48,503 nucleotides of DNA from Gemmatimonadales bacterium (GTDB lineage Bacteria; Gemmatimonadota; Gemmatimonadetes; Gemmatimonadales; GWC2-71-9), in NCBI GenBank assembly GCA_035328285.1, contig DAOLIZ010000003.1, positions 1 through 48,503 of the forward strand, written 5' to 3'. The position numbers and the translations under genes are program-made. The notes beneath the pieces are model-generated. The model searched no databases and had not been told where the DNA came from. It saw nothing but the letters and a program-made list of their open reading frames with translations. This document shows positions 1 through 6,111 of the stretch, in pieces; positions within the stretch are counted from its first letter, which is position 1, and each line of letters starts with the position of its first letter.

Positions 1-32
1 ACGCGGAGTAGGCGGGAACACCAGCAACACGA

Positions 33-73
33 AGGCCCGGCGGGAATCGCTCCCGACCGGGCCTTTGTTCTTT
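33..73 (+). terminator. Rho-independent-type hairpin, probably terminating a gene left of the window; may also serve the convergent Bor-like gene
   Basis: Outer stem AGGCCCGG (33-40) / CCGGGCCT (57-64), inner stem CGGGA/TCCCG, followed by TTGTTCTTT (65-73). Confidence 0.5.
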
Positions 74-95
74 CCGCCCCGCTGCCCCGCCATCC

Positions 96-383
96 CTACG
101 CGGCGCAGGTGACCTTGATGCTCATCGGCGTATAGATGCCCAGCGTGAGCGCACCGACCAGTCCATTGACGAACGAGATCTGGGTTTCGACCTTCGCGAC
201 TCCATTGGTGCACTTCGCCTCGGTCTCCACCGTGGATGGCGGCACCAGGCCATAGATCCAGCTCGACGCGAATCCCCGCTCAATCACGACAGTCGAGGGG
301 GTGGCGGTCGTCTCGATCGTCGCGTGGTAGCATCCCACGGTAACGAACAGGCAAGACACGACAATGGCAATCTCCTTGCGCAT
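96..383 (-). CDS. Bor/Iss-family outer-membrane lipoprotein (95 aa)
   Basis: Internal ATG at 383 of ORF 96..548, with GGAGG about 7 nt upstream. Signal peptide plus lipobox MRKEIAIVVSCLFVTVGC. C-terminus AKVETQISFVNGLVGALTLGIYTPMSIKVTC resembles lambda Bor ...VKTETQQTFVNGLLGFITLGIYTPLEARVYC (from memory). Confidence 0.8.
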   Translation of the reverse strand: MRKEIAIVVSCLFVTVGCYHATIETTATPSTVVIERGFASSWIYGLVPPSTVETEAKCTNGVAKVETQISFVNGLVGALTLGIYTPMSIKVTCAA

Positions 384-548
384 GCAGCCTCCTCGGAATG
401 GAAGTCTGGAGCTGGACGGTCGTCCGCCCGTCGGGACGATGTCGAGTGTCGGGCTGGAGTCCCCGCTGAGCGTGGGTCGCCTCGATCCAAGCTCGGGAAG
501 TTCGACGGGCGAGTCAATGGCGGCGTGGGTGGGTGGTGGCTGCCCCAC

Positions 549-1568
549 CTACCCCCCGATCCACCCCTTCGCATCGATCAACTCCCTGACCACATCCTCG
601 CTGGTCCGGTCCGCCGCCTCCGCCGCGAAGTTGGTGACCACCCGGTGCCGCAGCACCGTCATCGCCACCGAGCGCACGTCGTCGAGATCCGCCATCGGGC
701 GGCCCGCCAGCGCGGCGCGCGCCTTGGCGCCGAGCACCAGGTACTGCGACGCCCGGGGCCCCGCGCCCCACTCGACGTATTCCCGGATGAGCGCGGGCGC
801 CCCCGCCTCGTTGGGCCGGGTCATCCGCGCGAGTGTGACCGCCGACTGGATCAGCTGCTTCGACACCGGAATCCGCCGCACCAGCGCCTGCATGGCCAGG
901 AGCTGCCTGGCGTCGAGCACCGGCTCCAGCGCCGCCCCCCGGCTCCCCGTGGTCTGCTCGACGATCGCCTCCTCCTCCGACTGCGACGGGTACCCCACCC
1001 GGAGCTCGAACATGAAGCGGTCGAGCTGCGCCTCGGGGAGGGGATAGGTCCCCTCCTGTTCGATCGGGTTCTGGGTGGCGAGCACGAAGAACGGCTCCGG
1101 CAGCGCGTAGGTCTGGCCGCCCACCGTCACCTGGTGCTCCTGCATGGCCTGCAGCAGGGCGGCCTGGGTCTTGGGCGGCGTCCGGTTGATCTCGTCGGCC
1201 AGCACCACGTTGGCGAAGACCGGCCCCTTCACGAAGCGGAAGGCCCGCTTCCCTGTGGTGAGGTCCTCCTCGATGATCTCGGTGCCGGTAATGTCGCTCG
1301 GCATGAGGTCGGGGGTGAACTGGACCCGCTGAAAGGAGAGCGCCAGCGCCTCGGACACGGTATGCACCATCATCGTCTTGGCCAGGCCGGGCACGCCGAT
1401 CAGGAGGGCGTGTCCCCCGGCCAGGATGGCGGCGAGGATCCCCTCGACGGCCTCCTCCTGCCCGACGATGCGGCGGGCCACCTGGGAGCGGAGCCGCGTG
1501 GCGGCGGCCGCCAGCTGCTGGAGTTGTTCGACGTCGGACGGGGTCGTGCTGGTGACGGTCATGTCCAC
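549..1568 (-). CDS. MoxR-family AAA+ ATPase
   Basis: 339 aa. Walker A LLIGVPGLAKT, Walker B VVLADEINR, overall MoxR-like layout (RIVGQEEAVEGILAAILAGGH...). GTG start at 1568; alternative ATG at 1562. Confidence 0.9.
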   Translation of the reverse strand: MDMTVTSTTPSDVEQLQQLAAAATRLRSQVARRIVGQEEAVEGILAAILAGGHALLIGVPGLAKTMMVHTVSEALALSFQRVQFTPDLMPSDITGTEIIEEDLTTGKRAFRFVKGPVFANVVLADEINRTPPKTQAALLQAMQEHQVTVGGQTYALPEPFFVLATQNPIEQEGTYPLPEAQLDRFMFELRVGYPSQSEEEAIVEQTTGSRGAALEPVLDARQLLAMQALVRRIPVSKQLIQSAVTLARMTRPNEAGAPALIREYVEWGAGPRASQYLVLGAKARAALAGRPMADLDDVRSVAMTVLRHRVVTNFAAEAADRTSEDVVRELIDAKGWIGG

Positions 1569-1621
1569 TCGCGATCAGGGTCTGGTGGCGCTACGGGCGG
1601 TGGCCCGCGAAAGTTGCACCG

Positions 1622-2071
1622 CTACTTGGCGGGGGCGTAGGCGTACTGCGAGGCCAGGCAGATCCACCGGCCGTCCGCGGTCCGCACCCAGGTGTCGGTC
1701 CAGACCACGTGGACCAGCAGGCTGGCGCCGTCGCTGCCGGTGGTCATCAGGTTCGCCTCGCCGAGGTGGACCGCCGTCTGGCTGTAGACGAGGACCTTGT
1801 AGGTCGGGTCGGGGACAGGCGCAAAGGTGGTGGTGCCGCGCTGGAGCTCCTTCAGGTAGGCATCCCGATCGAGGCGGGTGCCGTCGGCGTTGGTCATCAC
1901 GAAGTCGGGCGCCATGAAGGTCTCGACCGCCGCCCAGTTGGCCAGCGAGATGGCGGTTCGCCACTGCACTTCGCGCTCATGGATGCCCTTGCCGACGGCC
2001 TCATTGGACTGGGCCGTGACGGGCAGGGCCGCCAGGGCGAGGAGGAGGGTCGCGGAGAGGGCACGGAGCAT
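1622..2071 (-). CDS. Secreted DUF4440 / SnoaL-like (NTF2-fold) protein
   Basis: Internal ATG at 2071 gives signal peptide MLRALSATLLLALAALPVTAQ. The NTF2-like body ends ...WTDTWVRTADGRWICLASQ. GAGG lies upstream of the ATG. Confidence 0.7.
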   Translation of the reverse strand: MLRALSATLLLALAALPVTAQSNEAVGKGIHEREVQWRTAISLANWAAVETFMAPDFVMTNADGTRLDRDAYLKELQRGTTTFAPVPDPTYKVLVYSQTAVHLGEANLMTTGSDGASLLVHVVWTDTWVRTADGRWICLASQYAYAPAK

Positions 2072-2151
2072 GGGGACCTCGGTTGAAATAGCACGGCCTC
2101 GGGGAGGCCTGGGATGGCGGGAATCTAATGGCGGGACGGGCCGAAAGTTGC

Positions 2152-2180
2152 TTGCGCTTTTTTTCACAAGCCGCTAATTT
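2152..2180 (+). promoter_or_regulatory. Candidate sigma70-type promoter of the atp operon (TTGCGC-N17-TAATTT)
   Basis: TTGCGC 2152-2157, 17-nt spacer, TAATTT 2175-2180. The hexamer ends 8 nt before the atpZ-like ATG (2189) and no SD lies in between. Confidence 0.3.
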
Positions 2181-2188
2181 CCCGCCCG

Positions 2189-2467
2189 ATGAAGGAGCCA
2201 ACGGACACCTCCCGCGAGGCGGGGGAGGGGTACAGGTACGTCTCCCTCGGCTTCACCTTCGCCGCCGGGACCATCTTCTTCATGGGGATGGGCTGGCTGC
2301 TGGATCGGTGGCTCGGCTGGATGCCGTTCCTGACCGTGGCAGGGACGCTGGTGGGGGCGCTGCTGAGCTTCGTGAACATCTACCGGAGGCTGCTGGCGGA
2401 CGAGCGGCGCTACAGCGCCAGCCACCCGCACTCCAGCGCCGGAAAGAAGGACGGGACGGGGCCGTGA
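2189..2467 (+). CDS. AtpZ/AtpR-like small membrane protein of ATP synthase operons
   Basis: 92 aa with two TM helices. GFTFAAGTIFFMGMGWLLDRWLGWMPFLTVAGTLVGALLSF resembles the ATPase_gene1 family. First gene of the atp cluster. Confidence 0.75.
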   Translation: MKEPTDTSREAGEGYRYVSLGFTFAAGTIFFMGMGWLLDRWLGWMPFLTVAGTLVGALLSFVNIYRRLLADERRYSASHPHSSAGKKDGTGP

Positions 2468-2805
2468 AGCATCTTGCGGCGGGCCTGACCCTCACGGCGG
2501 TGGTCACCGCCCTCCTGGTCTGGGGATTCGGGGAGGCGGCGCTCATTCCCGGCCTGGTGTTCGGTGCGCTGGCCACGGCCATCCAGATGGCCGCCGGCCT
2601 CTTCCTCCGGCGCGCGGTCGGCAAGCCGTTCGAACAGCTGTTGAAGGCGTGGGGCATGGGGATGGGGTTGCGGGTGCTCGGCATGTTCCTGTTCCTGGCC
2701 GCGGTGCTCGCTGACCGGACGGTGTTTCCACCGGTCCCGACGGCATTGGCTTTCGTAGGGGTGCTCATTCCCCTCATGTTCTCGGACATACGGACGATAC
2801 GATGA
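2464..2805 (+). CDS. ATP synthase protein I-like membrane protein
   Basis: GTG at 2464 overlaps the atpZ-like stop (GTGA). 113 aa, 4 predicted TM helices. Sits immediately upstream of atpB and overlaps its start (ATGA). Confidence 0.55.
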   Translation: MKHLAAGLTLTAVVTALLVWGFGEAALIPGLVFGALATAIQMAAGLFLRRAVGKPFEQLLKAWGMGMGLRVLGMFLFLAAVLADRTVFPPVPTALAFVGVLIPLMFSDIRTIR

Positions 2806-3662
2806 TGGTTGGCCAGGGTCCCAATATCGGCGAGATGGTACTCCACCACACGGCGGACGCGTGGACCATCGACCTGTTTCCGTTCGGCGAGATCCACCTG
2901 CCGCGCTGGGCCGACATCCACATCGGGTCGATGACCATCAACCTGTCGCCGACCAAGCACGTGGTGTACCTCGCCATCGCCGCCCTGCTCGTTTTCCTGA
3001 CCATGTGGCTGGCCGGGCGGTCGCTCCGGCGCCAGCAGGCGGGACAGAAGGCCCCGAAGGGGTTCGCGGCGGGCATGGAGGGGATCGTCCTCTTCGTCCG
3101 GAACGACATCGCCATCGCCAACATCGGCGAGAACGGCGCCAGGTTCGCCCCGCTCGTCATGACGCTCTTCTTCTTCATTCTCTTCGCCAACCTGCTCGGC
3201 CTGCTGCCCTGGGGCGCGTCGCCTACCGGCAACCTGGCGGTGACGGGCGCGCTGGCGCTCCTCGTCTTCCTGACGGTGGAGATCGGCGGGATGATCCAGC
3301 TCGGCGCCCGCGGCTACCTCGGGACGATCTTCCCCCATCCGCCCGGCATGCACGGCCCGGCCGCGATTGCGTTCTCGCTCTTCATGGCCCCGATCGAGAT
3401 TCTCGGCAAGCTGGTCAAGCCCTTCGCCCTCGCCGTCCGACTCTTCGGCAACATGACGGCGGGGCACTTCGTGATCCTGTCGCTCTTCGGCATCATCTTC
3501 CTCTTCGGCGACATCCAGGGGTGGAACTGGGCCATCGGCGGCGTCACCGCGCTGGCGGTGGTGGGCGTGATGATGCTGGAGCTGTTCGTGGCGTTCTTGC
3601 AGGCGTACGTCTTCGCGCTCTTGTCCGCGGTGTTCATCGGGATGATGCAGCACGAGCACTAG
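2802..3662 (+). CDS. atpB: F-type ATP synthase Fo subunit a
   Basis: 286 aa. Conserved LAVRLFGNMTAGH stator arginine region and polytopic membrane profile. Confidence 0.95.
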   Translation: MMVGQGPNIGEMVLHHTADAWTIDLFPFGEIHLPRWADIHIGSMTINLSPTKHVVYLAIAALLVFLTMWLAGRSLRRQQAGQKAPKGFAAGMEGIVLFVRNDIAIANIGENGARFAPLVMTLFFFILFANLLGLLPWGASPTGNLAVTGALALLVFLTVEIGGMIQLGARGYLGTIFPHPPGMHGPAAIAFSLFMAPIEILGKLVKPFALAVRLFGNMTAGHFVILSLFGIIFLFGDIQGWNWAIGGVTALAVVGVMMLELFVAFLQAYVFALLSAVFIGMMQHEH

Positions 3663-3856
3663 CAGGTGCGGGACCCCGGCGCCGCGCGCTGCCGCCGCCG
3701 GGATGACAGGTAGTCCGCCGAATGGCGGATGATGCGCCCGCTGGCTCCCGCGTGGAGTCGTTGGCGGGCCGCCGGGAAGGACCGCGCTGGAGACGCGGTG
3801 CCGGACCGGGTGGCGCAACGACCAGACATCTCCACTCTTGAACAGGACTGACCCAA

Positions 3857-4141
3857 ATGTTCCTCCTCAATCTCGTGCAGGACATGGCGCCGTCCGGCGC
3901 CGACATGGTGGCGGCCGCCAAGAACTCCTACTCGCTCCTCGGCGCGGGCCTCGGCATCGGCCTGGCCATCATCGGCGCCGGCCTCGGTCTCGGCCGCATC
4001 GGCGGGCAGGCCGCCGAAGCGATCGCCCGTCAGCCGGAAGCGGCCGGCGAGATCCGCGGCGCCGCCATCGTGATCGCGGTGCTCCTCGAAGGCGCCACGA
4101 TCATCGCGCTGGTGTTCGCCCTGCTCTTCAAGCTCATCTAA
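3857..4141 (+). CDS. atpE: F-type ATP synthase Fo subunit c
   Basis: 94 aa hairpin proteolipid. GAGLGLGRIGGQAAEAIARQPEA loop and carboxylate in VLLEGATII. Confidence 0.95.
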   Translation: MFLLNLVQDMAPSGADMVAAAKNSYSLLGAGLGIGLAIIGAGLGLGRIGGQAAEAIARQPEAAGEIRGAAIVIAVLLEGATIIALVFALLFKLI

Positions 4142-4150
4142 GGCGGCACA

Positions 4151-4693
4151 ATGCTCTTCGCGTTGCTTGCGTCATCCGAGGGCGCCACGGGGGCCCCGAT
4201 GTCACCCTTCGAGGTGAATTTCGGGCTCTTCTTCTGGACGTGGGCCGTCTTCATCGTACTCTTCCTCCTGTTGAAGAAGTACGCGTGGCCCGCGATCCTC
4301 AGCATGACCGAGCAGCGCGAGGAGGCCATCCGCCGCCACCTGGCGGAGGCGGAGCAGGCGCACGAGAAGGCCGCGGCGTTGCTGGCCGAGCAGCAGAAGC
4401 TGCTCGGCGAGTCGCGTACCCAGGCGCAGTCGATCCTGGCCGAGGCCAAGCTGGCCTCGGAACGGGAACGCGCGGCGGCGGTGCTGAAGACCCGCGACGA
4501 GCAGGAGCAGCTCCTGGCCCGTGCCCGCCGCGAGATCGCGGCGGAAGGGGAGCAGGCCCGGCAGGAACTCCGCCGCGAGGCGGTGGACCTCTCGCTGGCC
4601 GCCGCGTCCAAGCTCATCGGCGAGCGGCTCAGCGCCGACGCCGACAAGAAGATCGTGATGGATTTCCTGAGCACGCTGGAGTCGACGCATTGA
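4151..4693 (+). CDS. atpF: F-type ATP synthase Fo subunit b
   Basis: 180 aa. Single N-terminal TM helix followed by a long Ala/Glu/Arg-rich coiled coil. Position after atpE. Confidence 0.9.
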   Translation: MLFALLASSEGATGAPMSPFEVNFGLFFWTWAVFIVLFLLLKKYAWPAILSMTEQREEAIRRHLAEAEQAHEKAAALLAEQQKLLGESRTQAQSILAEAKLASERERAAAVLKTRDEQEQLLARARREIAAEGEQARQELRREAVDLSLAAASKLIGERLSADADKKIVMDFLSTLESTH

Positions 4694-5226
4694 GGCACGA
4701 AGCGATCGCCCGGAACTACGCCGAGGTGCTGTTCGAGCTCGGTGAGCAGCACGGGGAGAGCGAGCGGTACGGCGCGCTCCTCGAGGCGCTCGCGGCCGCG
4801 GTGACCGCGACGCCGCAGGTGCTGGCGGTGATGATGTCGCCGCGGGTGCCGAAGGCGGCCAAGGCCGAACTGCTGGCCGACGCGCTGCCCGACGCGCCCA
4901 AGCCGTTCGTGCTCTTCCTGCAGGCCCTGGTCAAGCGGAGCCGTCAGGGGCTGCTGGACGAAGTGGCGCAGGTCTACACCGGCATGGTGGACGCCAAGCT
5001 CAACCGCGTGCGGGTGGGGGTGACGCTGGCCCACGCGGCCGATGCCGCCCTGCAGCAGCAGATCAGCACCAGCCTGACCAAGGCACTCGGCAAGGAGGCG
5101 CTGGTGCGCTTCGCCGCCGATCCCGCCCTCCTGGGTGGCTCCGTGGTGCGCGTCGGCGACCGGGTGCACGACGGCTCGCTGCGCCGCAAGATGATCATGC
5201 TTCGGCGGCAGCTGCTCAACCGGTAG
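4690..5226 (+). CDS. atpH: F-type ATP synthase subunit delta (OSCP)
   Basis: TTG at 4690 overlaps the atpF stop (TTGA). RNYAEVLFELGEQHG... start and ...GGSVVRVGDRVHDGSLRRKM end are typical of delta subunits. Confidence 0.85.
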   Translation: MRHEAIARNYAEVLFELGEQHGESERYGALLEALAAAVTATPQVLAVMMSPRVPKAAKAELLADALPDAPKPFVLFLQALVKRSRQGLLDEVAQVYTGMVDAKLNRVRVGVTLAHAADAALQQQISTSLTKALGKEALVRFAADPALLGGSVVRVGDRVHDGSLRRKMIMLRRQLLNR

Positions 5227-5248
5227 CGCGCCATCCCGCGACGTCGAG

Positions 5249-5284
5249 ACGGGTCCATCCGGAAGGGTGGGCCCGTTTGTTTTC
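5249..5284 (+). terminator. Strong rho-independent terminator of the atp operon
   Basis: 12-bp stem ACGGGTCCATCC (5249-5260) / GGGTGGGCCCGT (5265-5276, two G-U pairs), GGAA tetraloop, then TTGTTTTC tail. Confidence 0.8.
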
Positions 5285-5324
5285 ACGAATCCCCCGGGGC
5301 GGGCGTCGTGGTTTGCCCGAGCGT

Positions 5325-5375
5325 CGCGGCAGGGGCGGGCGTCGAGCTAGCGGGCCTACGCCCGCCCCTGCCGCG
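5325..5375. repeat. Perfect 18-bp inverted repeat (left-end hairpin)
   Basis: CGCGGCAGGGGCGGGCGT (5325-5342) pairs with ACGCCCGCCCCTGCCGCG (5358-5375) around a 15-nt loop. GGGGCGGGCGTCG also occurs as a direct repeat at 5296-5308 and 5332-5344. Confidence 0.85.
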
Positions 5376-5456
5376 GCGAGTTCGCAATATCGTTGGCGTA
5401 GCACCGATGATTGCCCATGCAAATGGATGATGCGGGGTTGCTCTGGGCGGAGTAGG

Positions 5457-5894
5457 ATGGCGGTTGGAGGCGCCGTGTCGAGATCCATCGTGCGAGTTGG
5501 GGTTCATCTTGTCTGGGCCACGAAGCATCGGGCTCCGTGCCTGGAGGCACCGATCAGGAGGCAGGTGATTCTCGTCCTGGCCAGCATCGCGAAGCGACAG
5601 CGATGCCGGCCGGTCGAGATCAATGGTTGGCTGGACCACGTGCATCTCTATCTGAAGATTTCGCCTGAGATCGCTCTTGCCCGATTGGTGGTGTCCCTCA
5701 AGGCCAACTCGAGCCGCTGGATTAGGTTGAACGTTCCGACGCTGCCGGAGTTCCAATGGCAACGCGGCTTTTGGGCCTACAGCGTCGATCCTCGCGATGA
5801 TGCCAACCTCCGCGCGTACATCCGGTCCCAGGAGGAGATCCACGCGCAACGAGCCCTGGTGCCGGCACGCAGGATGATTGTGTCGGCACCCTGA
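5457..5894 (+). CDS. IS200-like Y1 (HUH) transposase / REP-associated tyrosine transposase
   Basis: 145 aa from the ATG at 5457. VHLVWATKHR N-terminal motif, HUH motif DHVHLYL, catalytic Tyr region WQRGFWAYSV...LRAYIRSQEE. Confidence 0.85.
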   Translation: MAVGGAVSRSIVRVGVHLVWATKHRAPCLEAPIRRQVILVLASIAKRQRCRPVEINGWLDHVHLYLKISPEIALARLVVSLKANSSRWIRLNVPTLPEFQWQRGFWAYSVDPRDDANLRAYIRSQEEIHAQRALVPARRMIVSAP

Positions 5895-5930
5895 CCGCGC
5901 TTGGCCCATCGGCATCGCTGATTCGCTTTG

Positions 5931-6013
5931 GATGGGGCGGGCATCTGCCCGCCCCATCTTGGAATGGGCGCCTCTGCCCGTCCCATCCTGCGATGGCGGC
6001 CTCTGTCCCATTG
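5931..6013. repeat. Three tandem ~30-nt palindromic (REP-like) units at the right flank of the transposase
   Basis: Unit A is the perfect hairpin GATGGGGCGGGCA-tc-TGCCCGCCCCATC (5931-5958). Degenerate units follow at 5961-5988 and 5991-6013. Confidence 0.7.
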
Positions 6014-6111
6014 CTTGATGCATCCCTCCCCGCCCACGGTTCCCGCATCCCCATGGCGTGACTAGTTTTGGGAGTCCGATCCCGTCCCCCTGTCTCACTC
6101 CGGAATCCACC

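Larger units (their letters stand above)
5296..6013 (+). mobile_element. IS200/IS605-family-like element, or a RAYT with REP-like hairpins (about 720 bp)
   Basis: Y1 transposase gene bracketed by related GC-rich palindromes sharing the core GGGGCGGGC. Size matches IS200-type elements. Interior looks lower in GC than its surroundings. Confidence 0.55.

Noticed and set aside
77-90. A solitary copy of the octamer motif (CCCC-GCTGCCCC-GCC) near the left-edge terminator, possibly a dispersed relative of the 20168 repeat.
   Set aside because: A single 8-mer match in 48.5 kb of GC-rich DNA is expected by chance, and there is no extended flanking similarity.
384-548. 55-aa N-terminal extension of the Bor-like ORF (GTG at 548, directly after the moxR stop).
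   Set aside because: The lipoprotein signal peptide and lipobox must be N-terminal. A strong GGAGG SD precedes the internal ATG at 383, and the extension is Pro/Ser/Arg-rich with no features.
3663-3856. Unusually long (194 nt) atpB-atpE spacer with small hairpins (TCCGCC-gaat-GGCGGA at 3714-3729; ACCGCG...CGCGGT), considered as an sRNA, small ORF or riboswitch.
   Set aside because: The only ORFs are 9 and 39 codons with no SD or plausible composition. The hairpins are short and I recognise no conserved RNA motif. Without covariation data I cannot support a feature.
2189-5226. Possibility that this is an N-type (Na+) ATPase operon.
   Set aside because: The gene order is the Fo-first F-type order, not atpDCQRBEFAG. 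The c subunit has a single carboxylate in LLEGAT without the Ser/Thr next to Glu that is typical of Na+ sites. An OSCP-like delta subunit is present.
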